A DNA stretch of 60,842 nt, filler included. It is 6 parts of 6 records of this genome, joined end to end, with 100 filler letters (N's around TTAATTAATTAA, not from the genome) between each part and the next. Parts side by side here need not be neighbours in the genome. Positions count along the whole stretch, not along the records: positions 17,977 to 24,197 come from SRR31156797_245; positions 24,298 to 33,859 come from SRR31156797_249; 4 more parts are not named here. The stretch is one strand, 5' to 3'. Shown here in pieces: positions 20,446-30,795 of the stretch (positions within the stretch are counted from its first letter, which is position 1; every line of letters begins with the position of its first letter). A program made the translations under genes and the position numbers. The notes beneath the pieces were generated by a model. It saw nothing but the letters and a program-made list of their open reading frames with translations. It had not been told where the DNA came from and ran no database searches.

Positions 20446-21296
20446 TGGATAAAAAACCGATCTATTTATGTGCAATTTGCAACTGTGAAAGTGGTACTTG
20501 TAACGAAGATTGCAAGTTTTGTACACAAAGTGTAAAATATAAAGCGGATATACAAAGGTACAAAAAAAAAGAGTTTGATACTATTTTAGAAGAAGCGAGG
20601 CAAGCTAGAAAAAATAAAGCTGTTGGGTTTTGTCTAGTTACTGCTGGAAAAGGTTTAACTGATGATCGACTTGAATTTATTTGTGAGGCTGCAAAACTTA
20701 TAAAAAAAGAGGATCTTGGCTTAAAACTTATCGCTTGTAATGGAACAGCAAGTTATGAACAGCTACAAGAGCTACAAAAAGCAGGCGTGGATAACTATAA
20801 TCATAACCTTGAAACTTCCCGTGAGTTTTATCCACAAATTGTGACAACTCATTCTTGGGATGAAAGATATGAAACCTGTGAAAATGTAAATAGAGTTGGA
20901 TTAAAACTTGTGTGTGGAGGGATTTTTGGACTAGGAGAAAGTGAAGATGATAGAATATCAATGCTAAAATCTATCGCATCTTTAGATCCTATGAATGTTC
21001 CTATTAATTTTTTTCATCCTAATGTTGCCTTACCTATTGTAAAAAACTCTATTGACAAAAACAAAGCTTTTGAACTTATTGAACTTACAAAAAAGATGGT
21101 TCCAAATGCTCATAAAATCATGGTTGCTGGTGGGAGAGAGTTGATGTTTCAAAAAGATCAATATAAAGTGTTTGAACATGGTGCAAATTCAATTGTGATA
21201 GGAAACTATCTTACAACACTTGGAGATCATGTAAGTACTGAAATTCAAAATATTGAAGCTCTTGGATACTCTATAGCTTCTCACTGTACAAAATAA
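20445..21296 (+). CDS. bioB: Biotin synthase (short Campylobacterota type)
   Basis: CNEDCKFC radical SAM motif, YNHNLETS, CGGIFGLGE, AGGRE and GNYLTT. Confidence 0.93.
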   Translation: MDKKPIYLCAICNCESGTCNEDCKFCTQSVKYKADIQRYKKKEFDTILEEARQARKNKAVGFCLVTAGKGLTDDRLEFICEAAKLIKKEDLGLKLIACNGTASYEQLQELQKAGVDNYNHNLETSREFYPQIVTTHSWDERYETCENVNRVGLKLVCGGIFGLGESEDDRISMLKSIASLDPMNVPINFFHPNVALPIVKNSIDKNKAFELIELTKKMVPNAHKIMVAGGRELMFQKDQYKVFEHGANSIVIGNYLTTLGDHVSTEIQNIEALGYSIASHCTK

Positions 21297-21305
21297 AGGT
21301 AGCTC

Positions 21306-22475
21306 TTGGCAAATGAAGTTCTACTGATCATTACAATATCAGCAATTATATTTACTTCCCCTTTGATTGCAAAGGTGATAAAAGTTCCTATTATACCTAT
21401 AGAGATCTTTCTTGGATCCCTTTTTACCTATTATGGTTTTATTCATGAGAACCATCTTTTTGATCTAGTAGCAGAACTGGGCTTTTTATTTTTAATGTTC
21501 CTTGCTGGTCTTGAAGTGGATCTAAAACAACTTTTAAAAGTCTCCCCAAGCCTTTTAAAAAAAGGATTGATCTATTCTGTTTTACTCTATGTATTTGCAG
21601 CCATTTTAAGTTACGGCTTTGATCTTTCAAAAATCTTTATTGTAACCATGCCACTTATCTCCATGGGGCTTTTAGCCGTGCTTAAAAAAGAGTATGGAAA
21701 TGTCCCTTGGCTTAATCTTGCAATCACCATAGGACTGATTGGAGAGATCATCTCAATCATTGTTCTAACAGCAGTGAGTGCTGGATTAGAGTTTGGCTTT
21801 GGAAGTCAATTTTATAGTACCTTACTAGAACTGAGTATTGTTTTTATTATAATGGTTGTCTTTTATTACTTTTTCCACAATCTTATTTGGTGGAAACCCT
21901 CTTTAAAAACTTATCTTATGCCAAAAGATGATAATCAAGAGCAAGATATAAGAGTCTCTATGGGGATCTTTTTTATTATGGTAGCAGTTATGATCTATTT
22001 ACACCTTGAAGTAGCTCTTGGAGCATTTATCGCTGGAGTATTTATCAAAACATTTTTTGAACATAATAAAGATCTTCCTCATAAACTAGAGCATTTTGGA
22101 TTTGGATGGCTGGTTCCTGTATTTTTTATCTGGATAGGGAGTTCATTTGATCTAGAATCTATTTTTATGGACAATCTTATCCAAACCGCTCTATTAATCA
22201 CATTTGCAATGATAGGGATTAGAATCATAAGCTCATTTATTTTTATAAAAGATCTAGGGCCTCAAAATGTTGTGATCTTTGCTTTATCACACTCTATGCC
22301 TTTAACCCTATTGATTGCAGTTGCTACCTTAGCATTTCAAAACCAAAGTATTAGTCAGTTTTACTATTTTGCATTTATCTTAAGTGCGATATTTGAAGTA
22401 ATTATTGGGATGATATTAATACGATTTATTATAAAAGTGGTAGTAAATAAACCTAAAACATCAAAAAGAAATTAG
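21306..22475 (+). CDS. Cation:proton antiporter (CPA2)
   Basis: Many TM segments; LGFLFLMFLAGLE, LGAFIAG and PVFF. Confidence 0.88.
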   Translation: MANEVLLIITISAIIFTSPLIAKVIKVPIIPIEIFLGSLFTYYGFIHENHLFDLVAELGFLFLMFLAGLEVDLKQLLKVSPSLLKKGLIYSVLLYVFAAILSYGFDLSKIFIVTMPLISMGLLAVLKKEYGNVPWLNLAITIGLIGEIISIIVLTAVSAGLEFGFGSQFYSTLLELSIVFIIMVVFYYFFHNLIWWKPSLKTYLMPKDDNQEQDIRVSMGIFFIMVAVMIYLHLEVALGAFIAGVFIKTFFEHNKDLPHKLEHFGFGWLVPVFFIWIGSSFDLESIFMDNLIQTALLITFAMIGIRIISSFIFIKDLGPQNVVIFALSHSMPLTLLIAVATLAFQNQSISQFYYFAFILSAIFEVIIGMILIRFIIKVVVNKPKTSKRN

Positions 22476-23122
22476 ATCTTTTCTATTTTGATGATTCCAG
22501 CTTTTGTATCAATAGTCTCTTTAAATTCACTTGTCTCACCTTGGAGATCAATAACGATTCTAAAAAAACCTTTTTCTCTATGAGTTCCTACAGCATATGC
22601 TTTAAAATCATTATGCTCTAATTTTTTACGAATAGTATAAAAACTAGTATTTCCTTTAAAATCAAACAAAAACTTTTTTTGCTTTTTTAAGATATCTTGA
22701 TTGATCAATTTAAACTTAGTATCAACAATGATAAGTAATGCACCATCACTTGTCTGAATAGTCACAAAAGGTAAAACTTTAAAGTTTTTTACATTTTCTA
22801 CTTTCTCTTTTTGAGTTAGTAAAACTTTTGGAGTATCCTCTTGTAAGATCTTTCTTTTTTCTTGAAGTTCATTGATCTTTTGAAGCTCTTCTTGTTTTTG
22901 TAGTTCAAGTTCTTCTAGCTCTTTTTCTCGTTCAATTAAAAGTTGCTCTTGTAGTCTTGCTGTTTCTATCTCTTGTTGTTTTTGTTTCTCCTGCTCCTCT
23001 ATCATTGAGACATACTCTTTTTGTTTTTGTTCAAAAGTATCCGTTGGCTCAAATGGGTTTTCACGACCAAGTAACGGGAATGATAAAACAGTGATCAATA
23101 AAAGATAAACAATATACTTCAT
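22472..23122 (-). CDS. Secreted AMIN-domain protein with Q/E-rich coiled coil
   Basis: Signal peptide followed by RENPFEP; C-terminal GTHREKGFFRIVIDL; eno-septum-AMIN gene order typical of Campylobacterota. Confidence 0.7.
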   Translation of the reverse strand: MKYIVYLLLITVLSFPLLGRENPFEPTDTFEQKQKEYVSMIEEQEKQKQQEIETARLQEQLLIEREKELEELELQKQEELQKINELQEKRKILQEDTPKVLLTQKEKVENVKNFKVLPFVTIQTSDGALLIIVDTKFKLINQDILKKQKKFLFDFKGNTSFYTIRKKLEHNDFKAYAVGTHREKGFFRIVIDLQGETSEFKETIDTKAGIIKIEKI

Positions 23123-23358
23123 AACTTTTCAGGCTCCAAGTTTTTTAATTCAAAATATTTTTTTTGCAAAAGAGCATTTTCAAACTGCAAACGTTTAATA
23201 TCTGTTTGTAGTTTTCCTTTTCTATTTTTAAGATTTACATATACTTCGTAAGAGTTTTTTCCATAAAACAAAATATTTGCAACATAATATGCAAAAGAGA
23301 AAGTAAGTATTAAAAGACTCAATGCGATTAATATAAACTTTCTGTTCTCTTTTGTCAT
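23119..23358 (-). CDS. Septum formation initiator (FtsB/DivIC-like)
   Basis: One TM, then GKNSY and a coiled coil ending ENALLQKKYFELKNLEP; directly downstream of eno. Confidence 0.7.
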   Translation of the reverse strand: MTKENRKFILIALSLLILTFSFAYYVANILFYGKNSYEVYVNLKNRKGKLQTDIKRLQFENALLQKKYFELKNLEPEKL

Positions 23359-23365
23359 CTACAAA

Positions 23366-24197
<832 letters not shown>

Positions 24198-24297
24198 NNN
24201 NNNNNNNNNNNNNNNNNNNNNNNNNNNNNNNNNNNNNNNNNTTAATTAATTAANNNNNNNNNNNNNNNNNNNNNNNNNNNNNNNNNNNNNNNNNNNN
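24198..24297. other. Artificial contig spacer
   Basis: N44-TTAATTAATTAA-N44. Confidence 0.99.
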
Positions 24298-25313
24298 CGT
24301 TCAAACTGGCCGAATTGATTACCCTGGCGAAACAGATCATGCAGGACCGTCAATCCCTGCACCCAGATCCCAAAACAAAAGAAAGCTTGAAATACAGCGG
24401 CGGTGAGGCTGTTCACTGCCCGAGTTCGGCGATGAAAAAAATCTATCGGGCCATAGAAAAAATCGCTCCAACCGATGCCACGGTCCTTATCGACGGCGAA
24501 ACCGGAGTGGGCAAAGATGTCCTGGCCGGCCAGATCCATCGAGCCAGCGCCCGAAACAAGGCGCCTTTGATTGTCCTCGATTGCGGCTTGCTCAACCACA
24601 ACCTGGCGGACAGTGAACTCTACGGGCACCGCAAGGGTGCGTTTTCAGGTGCCGATGAAAAAAAAATCGGGCTTGTCGAAAAAAGTGATCGGGGCACCCT
24701 TTTTTTGGACGAAATCGGAAACATTGATCTCGATCTGCAGAAGAAATTTTTACGTTTTCTCGAAACCGGACGATTTCGTAGGGTTGGCGAAACCGAAGAA
24801 GTACAAGTGGACACCCGAATTATCCTTGCCACCAACGTCAACCTTCACAACGCCTTGGAAAAAGGCCGGTTGCGCGAGGATTTGTTCTATCGGATGAATT
24901 GTGTCTCCCTGAACATCCCTCCCTTGCGAGAACGACCGGAGGACATTCCTCTGCTCGTCGCCCATATGATCACCAAATACAGTGGAAACGAAAGAGAGGT
25001 GTCACAAGAGGCTCTTAATATACTCGCTCGGTATCATTGGCCCGGCAACATCCGTGAACTGAAATCGGCCATTACCAAAGCATTGATTTTTGCCGAAGAG
25101 AATATCATCACCGCCGATGACCTTCCCCGCCATCTGTCGGCGAAACGGAAAGCGACTGTTCGACGGCCTAAAACCCTGGAAGAGATGGAGAAAGATCACA
25201 TCATTGCCGTCTTGGCGGAGACCGGTGGCAATCAATCCAAGGCTGCCGAAATTTTAGGGATCAATCGGAAGACCCTTTACAAAAAAATCCACAAATTTAA
25301 AATTTTCTCCTGA
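24298..25313 (+). CDS. Sigma54-dependent response regulator (5'-truncated)
   Basis: The frame is open from the contig edge with (P)FKLAEL, the end of a receiver domain; GETGVGKD, GAFSGA, WPGNIREL and a Fis HTH follow. Confidence 0.92.
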
Positions 25314-25618
25314 CTGTCAGGGCCTTGGATGAATACCGAAGGTTCGATTGGAGATGAGAGCCTTTTCTGTGGCAGGGTGTCCCTTTTGGCCCCATTCATC
25401 GATATTTATCAGAAAAATATAAAAAACAGTCGGTTATATTATTTTTGGTAAGGTTTTTCGTTTTTTCCTACCTCAAATCTCACTCCCAATTGGTATTGCA
25501 TCTCCCTTGTCCGTCCTGTTCTCCAACCATCTTCGAAACTCATAATTAGGCCTAACGAATTAGATTCGTTGCTAATACAAGAGATTAAAATTCAGTTTGA
25601 TCATGAGATCGCATGTAT

Positions 25619-25634
25619 CGGTACGGTATTTGCT
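25619..25634 (+). promoter_or_regulatory. Putative sigma54 -24/-12 promoter
   Basis: CGGTACGGTATTTGCT has GG-N10-GC spacing, is close to the TGGCACG-N4-TTGCW consensus and lies between a sigma54 activator and the ADH gene. Confidence 0.65.
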
Positions 25635-25808
25635 GAGTCAGTTGAAATGAGGTGGTTTCCTGCTTTGCCGTAATCCGTCCCACCCAACGATGAAGCGGCA
25701 ATGTTTTCGCGCCGATGGCGAACAACACCCAATTGGAAGTGAAGCTTTTCCCTCAAACCAGCAAAGGACCTGAAAAGGAGGTGATACACAATCCTTGACC
25801 TCTTCTAA

Positions 25809-25848
25809 TGAACCTGTAGGCTTTCTCAGTTACATGTCTGCAGGTTCA
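25809..25848 (+). other. Stem-loop in the long 5' leader of the ADH gene
   Basis: TGAACCTGTAGGC/GTCTGCAGGTTCA forms 13 bp including two G-U pairs. Confidence 0.45.
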
Positions 25849-25964
25849 AGATGGCCGGCAGTGGAGCCCGCTCACTCGTCCGAGTTGTTTATCAACCTTT
25901 TTTGGTAAAGAACATTACTGCGAGTCGGGATTGTACAATCATCAAGGAGAAAAGGAGTTGTTTC

Positions 25965-27197
25965 ATGGGACATTTTGCAGACACCCAGCGTAGTATTTCA
26001 AATGAAAGAGTCGAATACCCCCTAAAGATGATGCATGCCTATCCAAAAGCGATCGTCGGTTGGGGGGCCCATACCATGGTGGGGCAGGAAGCCAAGAATT
26101 TGGGCATGAACAATGCGTTCATTGTCACCACGGGCTTAAAAGGGACCGGGATTGTAGAAGAAATCCAGGGGGTACTTAAACATGCCGGTGTCGAATCCAG
26201 TGTTTACGACAATGTAACGGGAAATCCCAAAGACCACGAAGTCATGGATGGTTATAAACAACTTTCCGCTGGCAACTTTGACGGGTTTATCAGTCTCGGT
26301 GGTGGCAGTTCGACGGACTGCTGCAAGGCCATAAAGCTTGTTCATGGTCATGACGGCCAGGACGTCAGAACATTTGAAGGCGCGTTCAAGGCAACCCAAC
26401 CCAACAAACTCCCCCATATAGCGGTTAATACAACATCCGGCACCGCATCGGAAGTCTCCTGTTTCTCCATTATCAATCATACGGATGAGATGTACAAAAT
26501 GGCTTTGTTTGATCCCAACTGCACGCCAAGCCTTGCCTTTAATGATCCGGTCCTCCATCAGTGCATGAACCAGGATATTGCCGCCTATACTGGGATGGAC
26601 GCCCTGACTCATGCGGTCGAAGCAATCGCTTCACGTTTGCTTGTCCAATCCGCCTACGGACAAGGCCTGTGGGCCATCGGCGAGATTTTTACTAATTTAC
26701 GGCAATCATCCGCCAACCGGAACAATGATAAGGCCATCGAACAAATGGTATGGGCCCAAATGGCGGCCGGTTACAGTTTCAACAGTGCCGGACTGGGAAT
26801 TGTTCATTCTATGGCCCATGTGTTGGGTGGACGCTACGATGCGCCCCATGGTTTATGTAATGCGATTGGTCTTGTTGATGTTTGCCGGTACAACCTGGCT
26901 GCCTGCCCGGAACGCTTCAAGATGATGGCTAAAGCGGCCGGTCTCGATACAATAGGCATGTCGGATTTCAAAGCAGGAGAAAAATTCGTTAATGCAGTAG
27001 AAGAACTTCGCTGCGAACTGGGCATTCGGAAGAACTTCAAGGATCTCGGGATGCAAACGGAAGATCTGGACGTCTGCGCAAAAGGTGTGCTAAACGATAT
27101 TTGTACCGAAGGAAACCCTCAGGATGTGAGCTTTGAGGACGCCAAAAAGATGTTCAGCTGTTGTATGGGGGAAGAAGTGGACTTCGGCAGCCGATAG
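25965..27197 (+). CDS. Group III (Fe-type) alcohol dehydrogenase, Mno/Mdo nicotinoprotein-like
   Basis: AAGGAG RBS before ATG 25965; GGGSSTD, TTSGTASE, DALTH, FNSAGLGIVHSMAH and HGLCNAI; N-terminal YPLKMMHAYPKAIVGWGAH and NPKDHEVMD resemble methanol:NDMA oxidoreductases. Confidence 0.85.
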   Translation: MGHFADTQRSISNERVEYPLKMMHAYPKAIVGWGAHTMVGQEAKNLGMNNAFIVTTGLKGTGIVEEIQGVLKHAGVESSVYDNVTGNPKDHEVMDGYKQLSAGNFDGFISLGGGSSTDCCKAIKLVHGHDGQDVRTFEGAFKATQPNKLPHIAVNTTSGTASEVSCFSIINHTDEMYKMALFDPNCTPSLAFNDPVLHQCMNQDIAAYTGMDALTHAVEAIASRLLVQSAYGQGLWAIGEIFTNLRQSSANRNNDKAIEQMVWAQMAAGYSFNSAGLGIVHSMAHVLGGRYDAPHGLCNAIGLVDVCRYNLAACPERFKMMAKAAGLDTIGMSDFKAGEKFVNAVEELRCELGIRKNFKDLGMQTEDLDVCAKGVLNDICTEGNPQDVSFEDAKKMFSCCMGEEVDFGSR

Positions 27198-27255
27198 TAT
27201 TGAATCCGGTATGGATGACGGCTTGCCCCCATTGGATTCGAGCAAATGGCTTCTC

Positions 27256-27281
27256 CCCTCCCCCTCCTCTGAGGGGGAGGG
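27256..27281 (+). terminator. Strong hairpin between ADH and mftA (partial terminator or mRNA stabiliser)
   Basis: Perfect 11-bp CCCTCCCCCTC/GAGGGGGAGGG stem with only a weak U-tract. Confidence 0.5.
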
Positions 27282-27341
27282 AAACTTTGTAAAAACCAAC
27301 CAGGTTATACTACCAATCATCCAAACGAGGAGGAAATGTTC

Positions 27342-27476
27342 GTGGAAGAAAAAATTTTTGAAGAAAGCTCAAAAGAAGTACGGGAAGAGATGGATCGGAC
27401 ACAAGAACAGCCCATGATCATTGAAGAATTCGAAATTGAAGAACTGAGTGTGGATGGTATTTGCGGCGTTTATTAA
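27342..27476 (+). CDS. mftA: Mycofactocin precursor peptide (variant type)
   Basis: Manual translation (M)EEKIFEESSKEVREEMDRTQEQPMIIEEFEIEELSVDGICGVY*. GAGGAGG RBS lies 8 nt before GTG 27342 (alternative ATG at 27336). The C-terminus matches the IDGMCGVY signature and the gene sits directly before mftB-mftC. Confidence 0.93.
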   Translation: MEEKIFEESSKEVREEMDRTQEQPMIIEEFEIEELSVDGICGVY

Positions 27477-27563
27477 CCGATTGGGAATTGATGGGGCCGG
27501 GCATATCGGCGCTTCGCTCCCTGCCTGATTGAGGTAAAACGGTAGTCGATGGAGAAATCAACC

Positions 27564-27845
27564 ATGCGTACCGATTCCATGTACCGGCTCTGCAAAGGTG
27601 TTCAAGTGAGATCAGAAAAGTTCGGTCTTCTCTTTTACAATTACGCAGGTCCGAAAATCTATTTTGTACCCTCCAAAAACCTTGTCGACGATAGCTTTTT
27701 TTCCGGTAGCCAATCGGTATCCGATCTGATTCGTGCGGTCGAAAAGAGGAAAGGATGGTCGAAAAAACATGCCGTGAAGCAGCTGTGGTCCTTTTTTCGG
27801 CAATTGGAAACGAAGGGACTTGTCTATGAACAATCCATATGTTGA
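27564..27845 (+). CDS. mftB: Mycofactocin chaperone (RRE/PqqD-like)
   Basis: YRLCKGVQVRSEKFGLLFYNY...KIYFV matches the MftB pattern (L-x-P/K-x-V-x-x-R-x-E-x-FG-x-L-x-Y); located between precursor and radical SAM gene; start placed at ATG 27564 after GGAG. Confidence 0.88.
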   Translation: MRTDSMYRLCKGVQVRSEKFGLLFYNYAGPKIYFVPSKNLVDDSFFSGSQSVSDLIRAVEKRKGWSKKHAVKQLWSFFRQLETKGLVYEQSIC

Positions 27846-28857
27846 ACAAGGTCTTTCCGCTCCGGTAAACGTTACCTGGGAGATTACCTACGCGTGCAAT
27901 TTGTCGTGCATTCACTGCCTTTCCGATTCGGGAAAGAAAAGACCAGGCGAACTCACTACCGATGAATGCTTTAAGGTAATTGACGACCTGGCCCGCAACA
28001 AGGTCTTTCAGTTCAATATTGGCGGTGGCGAGCCCTTTATGCGGCCCGATTTTCTGGATCTCATGGACGATGCCCATGAAAAAGGCATGGTAACCTGCAT
28101 CAGCACCAACGGAACCCGCATCGATGCCGAAACGGCGAGAAGGTTGAGTCATCCCCTGGTGTATATTCAGGTGAGCCTGGATGGGGCCACCCCCGAGTCC
28201 AACGATGCCATCCGGGGTGCCGGTAGTTTTCATAGGGTAATCCAGGCGCTGGAATACTTAAAACGAGAATCCATCGAAGTCAGCATTAACACCGTTTTGA
28301 CCCGTCGTAGCATTGACGAACTGGACAAGTTGAGCGACTTGGCGGCGGATTTCGGCGCAAAACTTCGTGTTTCCCGCTTCAGGCCATCCGGACGGGGGAA
28401 AGACGCGTGGTCGGAACTCAATGTCACCGAGCAACAGATGCTTGATTTTTCCGCCTGGCTCGGGAATCATTTGAAGGTATCTACGGGCGATTCTTTCTTT
28501 TCGGTTTCCACGGAGGATCGCCGTTCTTTGGGTTTGAATATGTGCGGAGCCTGCAAACTGACCTGCTGCCTGTCTCCCCAAGGTCGTGTCTATCCATGCG
28601 CCTTTTTACAGGAAGAGGAGTTTTACGCGGGACAGCTTCCAAAAGAATCTTTCGCCGATATTTGGCGTAATTCCGAAGTTTTCCGCTCCTTTCGAGGTTT
28701 GGAAATCAAGTCCTGCGAATCCTGCCACCGATTTGACCTCTGCCATGGCGGATGTCCGGCCATTGCCTATCACACCCAACGAAAACTGGGGGTGGCGGAT
28801 CCTGGCTGTCTGGAAAATTGTGTTCGGGTGAAGAAGGCGGCTGTCGTAAATGCCTGA
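27826..28857 (+). CDS. mftC: Mycofactocin radical SAM/SPASM maturase
   Basis: GLSAPVNVTWEITYACNLSCIHCLSDSG, NIGGGEP, QVSLDGA, SRFRPSGRG and SPASM cysteines CGA...C...YPC...CESC...CHGGC...DPGC. Confidence 0.92.
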   Translation: MNNPYVEQGLSAPVNVTWEITYACNLSCIHCLSDSGKKRPGELTTDECFKVIDDLARNKVFQFNIGGGEPFMRPDFLDLMDDAHEKGMVTCISTNGTRIDAETARRLSHPLVYIQVSLDGATPESNDAIRGAGSFHRVIQALEYLKRESIEVSINTVLTRRSIDELDKLSDLAADFGAKLRVSRFRPSGRGKDAWSELNVTEQQMLDFSAWLGNHLKVSTGDSFFSVSTEDRRSLGLNMCGACKLTCCLSPQGRVYPCAFLQEEEFYAGQLPKESFADIWRNSEVFRSFRGLEIKSCESCHRFDLCHGGCPAIAYHTQRKLGVADPGCLENCVRVKKAAVVNA

Positions 28858-28885
28858 AGGATGAATAAAAGGAGGTAATCACACG

Positions 28886-30628
28886 ATGGACAAAATTTTA
28901 CGAATAGCCATGGGGGCCGACGGCGGCCCCTGTGTTTCAGAAGAACCGTTAGGAGAGTACGCGGGAATTGGCGGCCGTGCATTGACTTCGATGATCATTG
29001 GCAAAGAGGTGCCGCCCAGTTGCCATCCACTTGGTGAAGACAACAAATTGGTGATCGCTCCGGGTTTGCTGAGTGGTTCTGCGGCCGCCATGAGCGGCCG
29101 AATTTCGGTCGGCTGCAAAAGCCCCCTGACTGGCGGTATCAAGGAAGCCAATTCCGGTGGCCAAGGTGCACAGGTCATGGCGCGGTTGGGCTATGCTGCC
29201 ATAGTTTTTGAAGGTAAACCTAGTGGCGACACCCTATACAAGGTGTTCATCAACAAGGACGGTGCGGCCGTTGAGCCCGACAACAGCCTGAAAATGCTCG
29301 GAAATTATGATCTTGTAGATAAATTGCGCGCCCAATACGGAGAAAAGGTCGCCTGCATTTCAATCGGCATGGCAGGTGAAATGAAATTGGGAGCGGCATC
29401 GATCGCCTTTACCGACATGGAACAGCGCCCCACCCGCCATGCAGGCCGGGGTGGAGTCGGCGCCGTGATGGGTTCCAAGGGCGTTAAAGCCATCGTACTG
29501 GACGATGCAGAAATGAAAATGCGCCCTCCCAAAGACCCCGAGAAATTTAAAGCCGCCAACAAGACGTTTGTCGCCGGTCTCAAGAAGCATCCGGTTACGG
29601 GAGAAGGACTTCCCGCCTTTGGAACCAACGTGTTGACCAATGTTTTGAGCGAGGCCGGTGGTTACCCCACCCGCAACTTCAGTAGCGGACAGTTCGAAGG
29701 CGCGGGTAATATCAGCGGCGAGACGCAAGCTGCGCTGGAAAACGAGCGCGGTGGTGAAGGATCTGCCACGCATGGCTGTCACCGGGGCTGCATCATCCGT
29801 TGCTCTGGAACTTTTTATGACAAGAACGGTAACTTCCTGACGAAGCAGCCCGAGTACGAGACCGTTTGGGCTCACGGCGGCAACTGCGGCATCGACGATC
29901 TGGATGCCATCGCCCAGATGGATCGGATGGACGATGACTTCGGGCTGGACACCATTGAAATGGGAGCTACCATTGCAGTTGCCATGGAGGCCGGACTGGC
30001 CGAATTCGGCGATGCCCAGGGGGCCATAAAGCTTCTCAAGGAGGTTGGCGAAGGAACACCCCTCGGTCGCGTGCTGGGCAGCGGTGCGGCGATCACCGGC
30101 AAGGTTTTCGGCGTAGAGCGTGTCCCGGTCGTAAAAGGTCAAGCGATGCCGGCCTACGATCCCAGAACCGTCCAGGGCATCGGCGTGACATATGCCACCA
30201 CCACCATGGGCGCAGACCATACCGCCGGATATGCCGTGGCCACCAACATTTTAGGGGTTGGGGGCAGCGTGGACCCACTGAAACCGGAAGGGCAGATCGA
30301 ACTCTCCAGGAACCTTCAGATCGCAACGGCAGCCATCGATTCTACGGGTATGTGCCTATTCATTGCTTTTGCGGTTTTAGATCAGCCGGAAACCTTTCAG
30401 GCACTGATTGACCTGTTGAATTCATTTTACGGACTGGAATTGACCGCTGACGATGTGACGGCTTTGGGCCAAACCATCCTGAAAACGGAAAGAGAATTCA
30501 ACGCCAAGGCCGGGTTTACGTCTGAACACGATCGGCTGCCTGATTACTTTCACAAGGAGAAATTACCTCCCCACAATATAACCTTTATGGTAAAGGATGA
30601 AGAACTGGACAAGGTGTTCAACTGGTAG
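28886..30628 (+). CDS. aor: Tungsten/molybdopterin aldehyde:ferredoxin oxidoreductase
   Basis: KSPLTGGIKEANSGG, RHAGRGGVGAVMGSKGVKAI, CHRGCIIRC, PEYET, GLDTIE and GADHT. Confidence 0.95.
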   Translation: MDKILRIAMGADGGPCVSEEPLGEYAGIGGRALTSMIIGKEVPPSCHPLGEDNKLVIAPGLLSGSAAAMSGRISVGCKSPLTGGIKEANSGGQGAQVMARLGYAAIVFEGKPSGDTLYKVFINKDGAAVEPDNSLKMLGNYDLVDKLRAQYGEKVACISIGMAGEMKLGAASIAFTDMEQRPTRHAGRGGVGAVMGSKGVKAIVLDDAEMKMRPPKDPEKFKAANKTFVAGLKKHPVTGEGLPAFGTNVLTNVLSEAGGYPTRNFSSGQFEGAGNISGETQAALENERGGEGSATHGCHRGCIIRCSGTFYDKNGNFLTKQPEYETVWAHGGNCGIDDLDAIAQMDRMDDDFGLDTIEMGATIAVAMEAGLAEFGDAQGAIKLLKEVGEGTPLGRVLGSGAAITGKVFGVERVPVVKGQAMPAYDPRTVQGIGVTYATTTMGADHTAGYAVATNILGVGGSVDPLKPEGQIELSRNLQIATAAIDSTGMCLFIAFAVLDQPETFQALIDLLNSFYGLELTADDVTALGQTILKTEREFNAKAGFTSEHDRLPDYFHKEKLPPHNITFMVKDEELDKVFNW

Positions 30629-30667
30629 ATGCCCCTGTGGCGTATTCAAAAAGGAGTAAACTTTAAA

Positions 30668-30699
30668 ACGGGGAGCTTTCAAAGGAAACTCCCCGTCTC
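30668..30699 (+). terminator. Imperfect hairpin after aor
   Basis: ACGGGAGCTTTC...GAAACTCCCCGT. Confidence 0.4.
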
Positions 30700-30795
30700 T
30701 GGCTTGGCAGGCATCATGATCCTTGCCGTGATTTTTTCGGATCGTAGGATCCGTAACACAGACTCCTGAAAAACATACATCGGAAAGGAAGCAAC

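Noticed and set aside
22850-23035. Low-complexity CTT/TTG-rich stretch
   Set aside because: Encodes the Q/E/K coiled coil of the AMIN protein; not a DNA repeat array.
25851-25964. 38-aa N-terminal extension of the ADH in the ORF track
   Set aside because: A clear AAGGAG RBS precedes ATG 25965 and family similarity begins after it.
27133-27417. 94-aa ORF between the ADH and mftB
   Set aside because: Overlaps the ADH end, the hairpin and the real mftA in another frame; no RBS or motif.
27418-28233. 271-aa minus-strand ORF across mftA/B/C
   Set aside because: Antisense to three well-supported genes.
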